Below, in pieces: positions 28,832 through 42,064 of a DNA stretch of 64,000 nucleotides. The notes beneath the pieces were generated by a model, which made no database searches, had not been told where the DNA came from, and saw only the letters and a program-made list of their open reading frames with translations. This DNA comes from Eledone cirrhosa (taxonomy: Eukaryota): assembly GCA_964016885.1 (NCBI GenBank), contig OZ024743.1:56668001-56732000 (forward strand), given 5' to 3'. The stretch's first letter is position 1. Each line of letters begins with the position of its first letter. The position numbers and the translations under genes were made by a program.

Positions 28832-29304
28832 ATGGTCATAGACTCAGGACGAGAACTACTACGAGGGACTGCAACAAACTCTAACCACCAACAAATTTTA
28901 TCTGGTCGTTCGCTGTTTTCACATCAACAACAAAATAACATTGTCAACCTTCCCAACTCTTGGTAACTGTTTTATTGTACTTTTTAATTGATTCACGTGA
29001 AGTAAACCATATATAAACTAAAATCATTTATTATTGTTATTTCTAATAACCACATATAACCACCCCTACCTTACTTTAAAATATCCTTCGTTAAATATAT
29101 ATATATATATATATATATATTCTTTTTTTTCCTGAGTTCAGTCTACGGCTCTTCTATCGGTCGCTGTATTCATTTTGCAAAGCTCTCTAAACATAATGTT
29201 ATAACTCTAGGGTTATACACCCTATCCGAGTGCTTAACTGCACACCGAAACTGCATTCGTTAGCTTGGCTGCAACCATGGCTTCGTTGATGCTGTACTAA
29301 ATGT

Positions 29305-29364
<60 letters not shown>

Positions 29365-29371
<7 letters not shown>

Positions 29372-30140
29372 AAAATGGAGTGCTGCGTGGTTGCACATGG
29401 GTTACATATGAATAAAATTAATCCTTCATCAGTGATCTTCCAACTTTCATTGGTATTTCATCGCTTTAAAAATCATATACCTCTAGTTGGTTCGAGCAAT
29501 AACAAATAAAGTTATTGGGACAAGTAAAATAGGGTGAAACGAGCGAGACATGTAAACAAAAAACGATGGTATGGCAACGGAAAGATAGGAAGAGACAAGC
29601 ACATGAAATCTGTAAGCTTAAGCTTGGTGAATTCATGGGCGAGAGATACATACCATCCGACATGGGTGAGATGTGAGCGAGGAAAGGGTTTCACACAGGT
29701 CAAACGGGAGGAAGTGAGAGAGGTGGAGAAGCAGAGAGTGAGTGAGTGGAAGTGTGAGGAAGAGACCAGCAGAGAGAGAGAGAGAGTGTGACTGGCAGAG
29801 GGGGTAAAAAGAGGAGAGAGAGTAAGAAAGAAACAGACAATCGCAGCTGAGGAAAAATATAAATATGAGAAAAATGGAGCACTGCGTGGTTGCACATGGG
29901 TTACATATGAATAAAATTAGTCCTTCATCAGTGATCTTCCAACTTTCATTGGTGTTTCATTGCTTTAAAAATCATATACCTCTTCCGTTGCCATACCATC
30001 GTTGTTTGTTTACATGTCTCGCTCGTTTCACCCTATTTTACTTGTCCCAATAACTTTATTTGTTATTGCTCGCACCAATTAAAGCGATGAAATACGAATG
30101 AAAATTGGAAGATCATTGATGAAGGACTAATTTTATTTAT
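29365..30140 (-). mobile_element. Non-coding element: ~498-bp unit with ~118-bp direct repeats plus an inverted segment (PLE-like layout)
   Basis: 29365-29482 matches 29863-29982; 29983-30140 inverts parts of 29410-29582; TA flanks. Confidence 0.7.
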
Positions 30141-30149
30141 ACATATATA

Positions 30150-30216
30150 TATATATTTCAATGACGACACTGGCCATACTGTTCTGTGTGCGAGTATCGT
30201 GACATCATCAGACAGC
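30150..30216 (-). ncRNA. Hammerhead motif truncated at its stem III/cleavage site by a TA tract
   Basis: GCTGT-CTGATGA-stem II-GAAA-TATATA then (TA)n instead of TC-ACAGC. Confidence 0.7.
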
Positions 30217-31440
30217 TTGTTACATAATAAGGTTATGTTTTCGAGGCAATCCAAGTTGAATCGACATGGGAACGGACGAAGTGTGTGCTTTTGGGTTCTT
30301 CATCCGTTCCCCTTTGAGTACCAATTCACCCCCACCGGTCTGCGCAGGCGCATGTCCGAATGAAGTTGACCATTAGCTACCGTAGATATCAACGAAATTC
30401 GCTTAGTCAGTTCACCCTCTCAGCCAAACAATGACCCATCTAGGCCTGTACCATAGTTTACTGCTACCCGTCCCGACTGTGGCAGTCAGCCGAAAGCCAG
30501 AGGGGATGGGAGAGCGTTAGTTTTTACAGTTCACAATACTACCTCTCACCAAGCATGGACAGTACGACTGACTATCAACTCCCAAGAGAAAATATACTTA
30601 ATTCTAGGTATCATGGTTTTACATTGGAAGTTATGAGTGAGTTGGAAATAAAAATTAAAATCCTAAATCAAAAATGATAAATTAAACAATTTAAAAAAAT
30701 TATAAATTAAACAATTAAAAAATTAACAATTAGAAATTTAAAAATTGTGAGAATCCGGATTGAGGTGAGTAAAAAAACATATAGATTGAAGTGAGTAAAT
30801 AATATGGAGAGAGATGTTTAAGTAAGAAGTTCTGAGAGGGGTTCCAATGTCACAGTTACACTATCCACATATTGAACGATAGTGCCGTACATTAGAATGG
30901 AGGGTAAACTACAGTATTCAAAGCAGGTACACAGTCATCATTTCCATCACATGGAATAAAACCAAAGAAAAACAGATATAAAGTACACAAAAGAAAAGAA
31001 CCAATAATGAATAAATGCAAAAACACAGAGTACATATATGCAAAATGATCCATATGATTGTCAATTTGTCAGTGTATAGATTGAACTGAGGAGGCTTCTG
31101 TTCAAAAGCGATTTGGTGCAGGAAAATATGGGTTTATCTTACTTTTTGTTTCCGCATATTTATCCTGCCGAAAGTTACTATTATGTCCGTCTAGTGTCAG
31201 GGGTTTCCATCCCCATGGTAGAGGGTATTTCCAGGGGTAGCTCATGGTTGGTTCCTCTCTTCTCCACCATATCGGTTACATCATAGAGCGCTCAACTAGT
31301 TGGAGCTAAATTCTTAGGGTAAATATTGATGCAATTCAATTCAAGCACTCAACGTACTTTTTCCACATAGGAGTGACGGAGTAAATATCGAATAAGTAAA
31401 AGCGAAGTAGTTTCAGATGTTCAAGTCCTTTAATAATAAT

Positions 31441-31514
31441 GCTGTGATATATATTTCAATGACGACATTGGCCACACTGTTCTGTGTGCGAGTGTCGTGA
31501 CATCATCAGACAGC
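31441..31514 (-). ncRNA. Intact type I hammerhead with extended stem II
   Basis: GCTGT-CTGATGA-TGTCACGACACTCGCACAC-AGAACA-GTGTGGCCAATGTCGTCATT-GAAA-TATATA-TC-ACAGC. Confidence 0.8.
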
Positions 31515-31820
31515 TTGTTACATAATAAGGTTATTTTTCCGAGGCAATCCAAGTTGAATCGACATGGGAACGGACGAAGTATGTGCTTTTGGGTTCTTCA
31601 TCCGTTCCCCTGTGAGTACCAATTCACCCCCACCGGTCTGCGCAGGCGCATGTCCGAATGAAGTTGACCATTAGCTACCGCAGATATCAACGAAATTCGC
31701 TTAGTCAGTTCACCCTCTCAGCCAAACAATGACCCATCTAGGCCTGTACCATAGTTTACTGCTACCCGTCCCGTCTGTGGCAGTCAGCCGAATCGGAAAC
31801 ATAACCTTATTATGTAACAA

Positions 31821-31887
31821 GCTGTCTGATGATGTCACGACACTCGCACACAGAACAGTGTGGCCAGTGTCGTCATTGAAATATATA
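31821..31887 (+). ncRNA. Mirror hammerhead disrupted by a SINE fragment
   Basis: Motif runs to GAAATATATA, then SINE 3' end GTAATGCACTGGG..GTAGAAACAATT (31888-31934). Confidence 0.7.
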
Positions 31888-32059
31888 GTAATGCACTGGG
31901 TAATTGCTGGCCTTGTGCCTAAAGTAGAAACAATTATTATTAAAGGACTTGAACATCTGAAACTACTTCGCTTTTACTTATTCGATATTTACTCCGTCAC
32001 TCCTATGTGGAAAAAGTACGTTGAGTGCTTGAATTGAATTGCATCAATATTTGCCCTAA

Positions 32060-32175
<116 letters not shown>

Positions 32176-32390
32176 CATTTAAGAAAGAAGAGTGACATGG
32201 TTGGCTATACAATAAGGGCTTTATTCACATTGCTGACAATTGTTTCTTTGATCTGGTAGGTCTAGAGTTCGCTACTCGCTTGATGTTGCGTCAATCGAAC
32301 TCCAATACCATCCACTACACGGAGTACTCTAGCTGGACTACATCTAAGTGGACTACCTATAACGATAACCTGTTATCCCGTATATATATA

Positions 32391-33260
32391 TATATGAATG
32401 TATGTATAGTATATTTGGCAATATACCGTATGTTTAATTAAAAACATTTTGAAGACTTTGCGCTATCATTTCAAAGTAGTGGCTATGTCACTTACTCCTT
32501 TGCTTCGTACGTTGCTCTGAGGAACACCAACAGTGTGAAACAGAATCTGTCAGCTTCTCGCCCTTCCTTGCCGAAACAGAAGTAAGTGACATAGTCACTA
32601 CTTTAAAATGATAGCGTAAGGTCTTCAAAATCTAAACTATAATAAAGTAAGAAGCGCGGGACTGTGTACGGTTTATAATTGTTTATCCCCTTAGTAAAAT
32701 AAGTTGGATTACTTTGAATAAATAATTGTTTCTACTTTTGGCACAAGGCCAGCAAATATCCAGTGTATTACTGGTACTTTATTTTATCGACGCTGTAAGG
32801 ATGAAAGGTAAAGTTATAATGAATGAATATTACATAATTTATCCACTAAATTTAGTGGCTGTTCATTAAATATATTTTATTACTTATTTAAAGATTCACT
32901 TCTTTAAAATGTTCAAATGTCAACACTTCCGGTTAGTGATCGTTTAAATAAATATTCATATATTTCTGTCATTAATTTTCTCCTAATGCAGTTTATATAT
33001 AATATCGTCTTTTTTTAATGTATCATGGATTACGTTACTGATTACATACGAGAGTGTAACAGAGTCTTCGTTCAATTTATGTGTATATTGTCTATTACGA
33101 TTTTATTTGATCATATCTACATGCATATATACTTGCGTTTACTATCAATATACACACTACACATGCTAGCAGAAAACCACTCGGAGGGTGGTTTTTCTGC
33201 TAGTGTTTTTAATTAAACATACAGTATATTGCCAAATATACTATACATACATTCATGTAT
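32391..33260. mobile_element. Element with ~57-bp terminal inverted repeats, nested inverted repeat (32447-32630) and HHR
   Basis: ATGAATGTATGTATAGTATATTTGGCAATATAC..AAAAACA inverted at 33203-33257; SINE fragment 32722-32815 inside. Confidence 0.7.
32514..32554 (+). ncRNA. Canonical type I hammerhead (GUC site)
   Basis: GCT-CTGAGGA-ACAC-CAACA-GTGT-GAAA-CAG-AAT-CTG-TC-AGC; all three stems pair. Confidence 0.8.
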
Positions 33261-33284
33261 ACATCGCTATTTCAGAGCACCAAT

Positions 33285-33366
<82 letters not shown>

Positions 33367-33369
<3 letters not shown>

Positions 33370-34056
33370 AGAGTATTGAAGTTTGCTTGAAGCATTGTGG
33401 AATAATAAGGTAAATTTCTTTAAGTCGTTTGGAAGCCTCGACAATGCAGATGGGTAAATCTCCGGGTAACAAGATCCGGTGGTGGAGAGAGAGATGTAAG
33501 TGAGTGTACGTTGCGATGTGTGACGTGTAGAAGAATGTAGCGTGTAGAAGAATGTAGGAAAGAGCGTAAAGGATTAAAATTAAAATAATAACACGAGATA
33601 GAGTTACCTTGGGAGAGATTTAATTGTCCCTATATATTTCGGATTCCCACAATTGAAAGAACTATTTCGGCCGCCGACCTTTGCTTGACCGACCCCATTT
33701 CACGCGCACGCGCGCTCTGCTGAATACCTCAGATTTTCAAAACAACGAACAGCGGAGGACACGTTTCGCACCTTTCCGACAGAATCCCCCCACCCCCGGA
33801 AAAAATCCAGTTGATGGATGTGAATCCGAAATAATATATAGGGACAATTAAATCCCTCCCAAGGTAACTCTATCTCGTGATATTATTTTTATTTTTATCC
33901 TTTACGCTCTTTCCAACATTTTGTACACGCTACAGTCTTCTACACGCCACACATCTCAACGTACACCCACTTACATCTCTCTCTCCACCACCGGATCTTG
34001 TTAGCCGGAGATTTACCCATCTGCATTGTCGAGGCTTCCAAACGACTTAAAGAAAT
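33367..34056. mobile_element. Fold-back element with ~230-bp inverted arms between TA tracts
   Basis: 33415-33646 inverts 33823-34056. Confidence 0.8.
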
Positions 34057-34339
34057 ATATATATATATATTTATTTACGATTATAATTTTTTTTGTCTAT
34101 GATTTTCCTGTGTATACTCTCCTGTCCTTACGTTATTTCTGTTTGATTTTCCCTCCCCCGTCTCTGCCTACCCCCCCCCCCCCGCATCACACACCTCCCT
34201 TCTCATTCCTCCCCCTGCTTTCACTCCACGCCCACCATGCTCAGCCTGAGATCCTTTCTCCACCAACTCCACACCCGCCTCAAACTTTTCCTCACCCCCC
34301 TCCTCCACCCTGCTATCTCCCCTCGGCCCTCCAACTCTC

Positions 34340-36600
34340 CTACTTTCTCTTCGCCAAAACCCACCACTCCAGCCACATCCATTTCCTCAGCCGCTGCCTC
34401 CACCTCCACCTTATCCCCCTCGGCTTCCGTCTACACTTCCACACCTCCCCCTCCGCTTCCCCTTCCACCCAACGTATCCGCACCCGATCCTCGCGCCTCC
34501 TAATGCGCAACTCCCTCCGATCCTCCCGCTCCAACATCCGCAAACTTGACTACCAACTGACCCCCACCCTCTCCGCGCCCACTCCATCCTCCTCTTCATC
34601 CAAAACCTCAACCACGACCTCTTCTCCTTCCTTACCTCCACCAAAGCCCTTAAGCTACACTTACTCCTCCCTACCACCACCATCCACCACCCCGCCCATT
34701 CCTATGACCCCCCCCCCGCACGTTCGTCGACGCTTGCCGTAGCGCAGTAAATCGCTTCGACTTCCGCCACCGGTCCAAACGGCATAACATCTCACGGGGC
34801 GAACTCCTCGCTCTCCGCTCCCTCCGTAGCTGAGATGACATCGTCATCAAACCGGCGGACAAGGGAGGCGCCGTCGTGGTGTGGCGCGCTGACCCCTACA
34901 CGGCTGAAGCCCTCAGGCAGCTCCGTACGCCCTCTTCTACTGCCCTCTACCGTCCGATCCCACACCCCTCTACCAACAACAAGTTTCCTCCACCATCCAA
35001 CACCTTGTCTCCTCCTCCCTCCTTCCCCCACCACTTCCCACCTCATCGTCCGCACCCCACTATCTACTTCCTCCCCAAACTCCACAAATCCGACAAGGCC
35101 GGCCGCCCCATCGTCTCCGCTTGCAACTGCCGCACCGAACTCATCTCCGCCTTTCTTGACTCCATCCTCGCCCCCCTCGTCACCACCCTCCCCTCCCACA
35201 TCTCCGACACCAACCACGCCCTTCGCCTATTCGACTCCTTCACTTTCCCACCCGGCCCACAGCCATTCCTCTTCACCCTAGATATCAAGTCACTTTATAC
35301 TGTCATCCCCCACGCCGACGGCCTACGTGCCCTCAAGCACTACCTCGACCTTCTACCCCCATCCCCTACACCCCCACCCTCCTTCGCCTCGTCGAGCTGG
35401 TCCTCACCCTCAACTGTTTCTCCTTCTCGGGTGAGTTTTACCAACAGGTCACGGGGGTAGCCATGGGCACAAGAATGGGCCCAAATTATGCCAACCTTTT
35501 CGTTGGCCATGTTAAGGCCCAAATCTTTGCCCAGTACACCGGCCCCACGCCCGAACTGTACGGTCGTTACGTCAACGACTGTATCGGAACCATGACCCTC
35601 ACCCGAGAACAGCTCGACTCCTTTCTCTTCTCCTTCTGCTCCTTCCACCGCTCCGTCCACTTCACCACCTCTATCTCCACCACCCACGTCCACTTCTTAG
35701 ACATCTCCGTCGCCATCGACCCCTCCCACCACTCCCTCGTCACCTCCGCCTTCTTCAAACCCACCGACTCCCACCCTACACACACTAAACGCTCTATTCC
35801 CTACTCCCAACTCCCCATGATCCGCCGCCTCTGCAGCCGAGATGCTGACTTTGAGTCCCAGGGCCTTTCCCTAGTCAGCCATTTCATCCGCAGAGGGTAC
35901 CCCCCCCCCCCCCCCTCGTCCACACCGCACTCACTCACGCCCGCGCTGTCCACCGCTCCACCACCCTCACCCCACGCCACCGCACACCCACTAACCGTAT
36001 CCCCTTCCCCATCACCTACCACCCCTCCATCCTACCCCTCCACCGCACCATCCTCCGCCTCTTCCGACGCTTCCAGTTCGACCCCTCCACCTCCCACATC
36101 TTCCTATCCCCACCACTCCCCTCCTTCAAACGCGCACGCAATCTCCACACCCTCCTCGTCCGCAGCTCCCTACCCTCCCAACCCACGCTCTTTTTCTCCC
36201 CCGGTTCCTTTCTCTGTTCCAGGCCACGTTGCAACAGCTGTCCCCACATCATCAACACCACCACCATCCAGAGTCCCAACGGCCACTCTCTCTCTCTGTC
36301 CGGCACGCCTTCCGCTGCACCTCCTCCAACCTAGTCTATGGACTTCGCTGCACGGAGTTCAGCGCAACCTACGTCGGACAGACTGGACGTCGCCTGGCGG
36401 ACCGTTTTACCGAACACCTCCGAGATATTCGCCTCGGAGGGAGTTCCCCCATCACCCACCACCTTGGCTCCCTGGACATTCCGCGCACCACCTCACAGTC
36501 TGTGGCCTACTCCAATGCCAACACCACCCTCCTCAGGGTCGAACAACGCACCATCTTCACCCTACAGACCCACACTCCCCACCCCTCTTCCTTTAGCCTT
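34340..36600 (+). pseudogene. PLE RT-GIY-YIG polyprotein with frameshifts and stops
   Basis: Motifs are split across ORFs 34026, 34876, 35463 and 36229; catalytic YxDD reads YVND. Confidence 0.88.
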
Positions 36601-37279
36601 CGACCCCCCCCCCACACACACACACACACATATCCCCCACTAACACCACTAACACACTCCCCATTCTCACCGCCCACTCCACAACTAACAATACTAACAC
36701 CCCCAACCCATCCCCGACCACCCTCCCCCAACTAACAATACTAAAATCCTCCCCTCCTTCCCCCTATCATGCACACACCCACCGGTACAGATATACACGC
36801 ACTCACACTATCCACACACCCTACTACCACCACTAACTCTCACCCACACATCCACTCCCACCACCCCACAACTAATACCACTAACATCCCTCCGACCCCA
36901 CGCACACGAACACCCACACCCACCCCACCCACTTACACCACCCACTCTACACACCCTACCACCACTGACACCCACTAACACACCCGCATTCAACCCTTTC
37001 CCCATCACCTGTATACTAACACCCACTAACACCCCCTTTACCACACACTACCTTCAGCCCTCCCAGCTCGGAAACCCCGCCTCCCTCTCCCCCTCTACCC
37101 GCCATCACCCCTACACGCCCCACACCCTTCCACCACTTGTTTATCTTCATGTTTATTTTTATTTTTATATATTTTATAATTATTTTTATTTGTACCCCTT
37201 CCACCGTCCCCCCCTTTCTAAATGTCTCTTCCCCACTCCCCTACACACCCTTGGAACTCTCTTCCCACACACTTTTCAC

Positions 37280-37308
37280 CTGAAGAAGGGCTTATGCCCG
37301 AAATGTAG
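37280..37308 (+). ncRNA. Minimal hammerhead core in the PLE 3' terminus
   Basis: CTGAAGA-A-GGGC-TTAT-GCCC-GAAA. Confidence 0.6.
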
Positions 37309-37393
37309 TTCCCCACCACACCCCACTCTCAAGAGCGTGAAACTAATAAACCTTTGTTTGTACTGCCTCTCTGTTTTGTTCCCGTTCCATTTT

Positions 37394-37434
<41 letters not shown>

Positions 37435-37482
37435 TGAATAAGGAAATACATAGTTTAGATGATGAAGTCCTTTATTGATTAA

Positions 37483-37558
37483 GCTGTGATATATATTTCG
37501 AGGACGACATTGGTTACGCAATTCAGCGTAGCAGCTAGTACCATGCTCTCTTCAGCTT
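37483..37558 (-). ncRNA. Decayed long-stem-II hammerhead related to the 31441 family
   Basis: CTGAAGA-GAG...CCAATGTCGTCCTC-GAAA-TATATA-TC-ACAGC; 5' strand of stem I lost. Confidence 0.5.
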
Positions 37559-37560
37559 TT

Positions 37561-37653
<93 letters not shown>

Positions 37654-37705
37654 TATATATATAATATATATATATATATGTATATATATAATATATATAT
37701 ATATA

Positions 37706-38302
37706 CTGTAGAAGTGGTTACACAACAGTTAGTTCACCATACCGAGAACAATTGTTTCACCTTAGCGGATCCTCAGCTCGTAATGGACATGGTTATACGG
37801 AACAGGAAGGACAACCGTACGAACACGCATGCGCAGAAACGATCACTTCCCAAAGGCAATACTAAATAGCGAGCGAGAGGTGTAAGGGAGATAACTGCGA
37901 AAGTACGAAAGTTTCTAGTTGATAAAAAAATTAGGATGTTGTTGTAATTCAATCCGGAGCTTTGTAGTTATGTAAGAGGTGTTTCCAGACGTGTGGACAA
38001 CGTGTGAAGAATTCAAACATTGAGTTTAAGCAATCACTATTGCGTTATCTCTTTAGAATATTTATTCGTTCATCAATACATAGTCCACACGACGGATTGC
38101 CCCTTGCGTATGGTTTGGACTTAGTGATGGCTTTCCATTGAATGGAGTAGTCTATACTTGAATCCTTGAGGGACCATACGTGGCTCGCGAGTTTCGTGGA
38201 TGAACGTCTGTCCGGGTACCTAATGGTCGACTGATGGTTCAGGAAGCGTTCCTTAAATCGGCCCTCGGCCATACCCACATAGGATTTGACCTCCTGTGGT
38301 TG
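37706..38302 (-). mobile_element. 3' fragment of a third PLE lineage (GIY-YIG C-terminus, UTR and HHR)
   Basis: YVGMAEGRFKERFLNH..LASHVWSLK..IQW..CGLCIDERINI, then CLNSMFEFFTRCPH; terminus homologous to 26242-26307. Confidence 0.85.
37743..37780 (-). ncRNA. Minimal hammerhead motif
   Basis: CGAG-CTGAGGA-TCC-GCTAA-GGT-GAAA-CAATTG-TT-CTCG. Confidence 0.7.
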
Positions 38303-39110
38303 ATATATATATATATTGTTAAAAATATATATATATACAAAGTGTTACAGTGTAAATTCATAAAATTAAGCAACCTAACGGTTCACCAACAACTTAATAA
38401 CGGTTAATACAAACCCTAGAAAAGATAATTTGTAGATAAAAATGCATAATATAATATACCTACTACAACATGGCCTGTAATTCGGTGGAATTTACATTTA
38501 ACAAACACACACCTATTAATTATACACAACTCAAAATAATTCCATGGCTAATACATGTGAGTTACAACCAACATATACATGTACATACGAACTACAACAC
38601 AAAAACACTTCAGTGAAAATCACCTATCCAATTCTATCACATGCTTTGCATTACACCTTACATAACATATACCTACATTATCACCACATGTCTGTCTAAC
38701 ATATAGCACGCTATCTTAAACATTTCTAACACTTCTAACATGCTTTAACATTCTACACGAAATATGTTTATTTCAACTGTATTATAACTTTTTCCTCATA
38801 CATGCCTTATTGATCGTATTGACTCATGCATTGTACACCCATAACATTAACTGTTCTCCAATGTTAAGATATCTTATATCTTATGTCTATCCTATCCCAC
38901 ATTTTTCCTTGCTTGTAAATTTTTTTTGCCTGTACTTTTTACTTATATCTTTTACACTTTCAACCAGTGGTGCTTGTATTTGTGTTCTCTCAAGCATAAC
39001 ATCTTTTTAACTCCTGATTCTCCACATGATGTCCATGACACTAACAACACTTATGTATCCTAAATGTTCTGAATGACTAGGATTTTAGTCACATATTTTG
39101 ACATTCCCTA

Positions 39111-39157
39111 TGCTCTGATGATTCCAGACTTCCCTCTGGAAGAAACAATTGTCAACA
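39111..39157 (+). ncRNA. Minimal hammerhead motif near the end of a decayed PLE-like segment (~38340-39300)
   Basis: TGCT-CTGATGA-TTCCAGA-CTTCCC-TCTGGAA-GAAA-CAATTG-TC-AACA, then AATAAA. Confidence 0.8.
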
Positions 39158-39322
39158 AATAAATGTTCTAAACTAAAATTTGATTGATTTAATACTTTGT
39201 ATCTCGGCTCTGTAAAACGCATGATAATTTGCATTGAGCCTTTTGTCATACCGGTAACCGGCTACTACTTAGTATACGCTCCATATTTATAATTGTATTA
39301 AACATATATAAATATAAATATT

Positions 39323-39389
<67 letters not shown>

Positions 39390-39522
39390 GTATAAGAGAT
39401 ATTTAATTTGTTGGAAATCCAACAAATATAGATGTTTCCATCTGATTCAAAGCACTCGACAAGAATATATATAATAGAATAAATATGGTTTTATAAATAT
39501 AGTTTCCATTTATTTAATATCA

Positions 39523-39605
<83 letters not shown>

Positions 39606-39607
<2 letters not shown>

Positions 39608-39788
39608 CGAAGGAAAAGTGGTAAGGAACCAGGTGAACCATAACGCACCAAAGTACTCAATACTTAGGGTAGTAGAGTGGGTAATAGGAACAAGTAAGAC
39701 CCCGACGGCTGAGCTCAAGCCGTTTCGACGGCTAATTCTGGACTCCAGAATTAGCCGTCGAAACGGCTTGCGCTCAGCCGTTGGAGTC
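39606..39788 (-). mobile_element. Short palindromic element, copy 2, joined to a PLE 3' end
   Basis: Matches the 13200 family; centre GACGGCTAATTCTGGA-C-TCCAGAATTAGCCGTC. Confidence 0.8.
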
Positions 39789-41860
39789 TGGAACGGGAAC
39801 AAAACAGAGAGGCAGTACAAACAAAGGTTTATTAGTTTCATGCTCTTGAGGGTGGTGTGGGGAACGACGTTTTGGGCATAAGCCCTTCTTCAGGAGAAAA
39901 GTGGGTGAGAAGAGAGTTCGGAGGGTGTGTGGGGGAGTGGTGGAGAGACATTTAGAAAAAGGAGTGGAACGGTGGAAAGGGTACAAATAAAAATAAAATA
40001 AACATGAAGATAAACAAGTGGTGGAAGGGTGTGGGGCGTGTAGGGGTGGTGGCGGGTGGAGTGGGGAGAGGGAGGCGGGATGTCCGAGCGGGGAGGGCTG
40101 AAGGTAGTGTTTGTGCATGTGTGTAGGTGTACGTGTGTGTGTGTGTGTGTGTGTATGTGAATGTGAGAGTTGGGGGAAGAATGAGGTTCCATGTTCAGGA
40201 AAAGGTGTGTATGTAGGGTGGGGTGCAAGTCTGTGAGTGTGTGTGTATGTGGATGGGGAGGGGTGGGAGAGGATGAGAGGATTCCGGAGGCTGAGTGTGT
40301 ATATATGTGGGGGGTACGCACGTGTGTGTTGGTGTTTATACGTTTTGTGGATGTAGGTGGCGTGGTTCGAAAAAAGATTGTGAGTGTATGTCCGTGGGTA
40401 AGTTCCTAAGGTAGTTCCGTAGAGGGTATGAAGGGGTGTCGGATATTTTCCATGTTATGGAGTGGATAGTGGGAACGATGGCCAATGTTGTGTAATCCGT
40501 TGGTTGTGGAGGTCGGAAGAAGGCAGATGTGGGGTGCGCGCGCAACAGGAAGTGGTCAGAGGGTCAAGGCAGGATGAGGGTAGAGGAGAATGACAAGTGG
40601 AGAGGACTGTGTGTCTGTGTGTGCGGAGAGGTGGTCAGAGGGTCAAGGTAGGAGAAGGCATAGCAGCAGTAGAGGAGAATGGCAGGTGGAGAAAGTCAGT
40701 GGACAGGGGAGTGGATGGGTAGGTGTGAAAGGTGGAGTGGGGAGGGGGTCATGTGGGGGATGGGGTGTGTATTAGTAGAGGTGTTAGTGGGATGTGTGTG
40801 TGTGTGAAGGGGTGTGGGTGGAGCGTGGAGAAGGAGAGAAAAGGTGTGGGGGAAGGTGGAGGAAATGTAGTGTACTGGTGTGTGTGTGCGTGTTTGGATG
40901 AGTGTGTGTGTGGTGAAGGGGGTGTTAGTGGGTGTTAGTATAGTGGTGGTGGGGAAAGGGTTGAATGCGGGTGTGTTAGTGGGGGTCAGTGGTGGTAGGG
41001 TGTGTAGAGTGGGTGGTGTAAGTGGGTGTGGTGGGTGTGGGTGTTCGTGTGCGTGGGGTCGGGGGGATGTTAGTGGTATTAGTTGTGGGGTGGTGGGAGT
41101 AGATGTGTGGGTGAGGGTTAGTGGTGGTAGTAGGGTGTGTGGATAGTGTGAGTGCGTGTATATATGTACAGGTGGGTGTGTGCATGATAGGGGAAGGTTG
41201 GGGATGTTAGTATTGTTAGTTGGGGGAGGGTGGTCGGGGATGGGGTGGGGGTGTTAGTATTGTTAGTTGTGGGGTGGGCCAAGGGGGTGGGCGGTGAAAA
41301 GGAGGAGTGTGTTAGTGGGGGATGTGTGTGTGTGTGGGAGGGGACAAGGCGGTCGAAGGCTAAAGAATAGGGGTGAGGAGTTCAGGCCGGGGGGAGTGTG
41401 GGTCTGTAGGGTGAAGATAGTGCGTTGTTCGACCCTGAGGCGGGTGACGGGTGTTCCGTGGCTTTGGAGTAGTCCACAGACTGTGAGGTGGTGCGCGTAA
41501 TGTCCAGGGGAGCCAAGGTGGTGGGCGATGGGGGAACTCCCGCCGAGACGAATATCCCGGAGGTGTTCGGTAAAACGGTCCGCCAGGCGACGTCCAGTCT
41601 GTCCGACGTAGGTTGCGCTACACTCCGTGCAGCGAAGTCCATAGACTAGGTTGGAGGAGGTGCAGCGGAAGGCGTGCCGGACAGAGAGAGAGTGGCCGTT
41701 GGGACCCTGGAAGGTGGTGGTGTTGGTGATGAGGGGGCAGGTTTTGCAACGAGGCCTGGAACAGGGAAGGGAACCGGGGGGGGGGAGCTGCGGACGAGGA
41801 GGGTGCGGAGATTGCGTGCGCGTTTGAAGGAGGGGAGTGGTGGGGATGGGAAGATGTGGG
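39789..41860 (-). mobile_element. Second, 5'-truncated copy of the C-rich PLE (GIY-YIG plus long 3' UTR)
   Basis: Reverse complement of ~36090-37389 with ~0.8 kb extra UTR; HHR GAAA mutated to AAAA at ~39871. Confidence 0.9.
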
Positions 41861-41885
41861 ATATATATATATATATATATATATA

Positions 41886-42064
41886 GGAACCAGTAAGACC
41901 CCGACAGCTGAGCTCAAGCCGTTTCGACGGCTAATTCTGGACTCAGAAACGGCTTGAGCTCAGCTGTCGGGGTCTTACTGGTTCCTATTACCCACTCTAC
42001 TACCTCAAGTATTGAGTACTTTGGTGCGTTATGGTCCACCTGGTTCCTTACCACATTTCCTTCG

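Larger units (their letters stand above)
34070..37397 (+). mobile_element. Near full-length, C-rich Penelope-like retroelement (Neptune-like), inactivated
   Basis: SHIHFLSRC..LIPLGF N-terminus; IVIKPADKGG, YFLPKLHK..GRPIVS, DIKSLYT, GVAMGTRMGPNYANLF, RYVND; CTSSNLVY..YVGQTGRRLADRFTEH; 3' HHR; ends in (TA)n. Confidence 0.93.

Noticed and set aside
28330-29080. Solo LTR (TGT start, TATA-like motif)
   Set aside because: No clear CA end, target duplication or second copy
32232-32246. Hammerhead (GAAACAATTGTCAGC on the minus strand)
   Set aside because: Only the 3' half is present; no CTGANGA upstream
33815-33846. Hammerhead in the 33.4-34.0 kb fold-back
   Set aside because: Only GAAA-TATATA-like sequence; core and stem I partner absent
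34026-36735. Proline/serine-rich host proteins
   Set aside because: Alternative frames of the C-rich PLE
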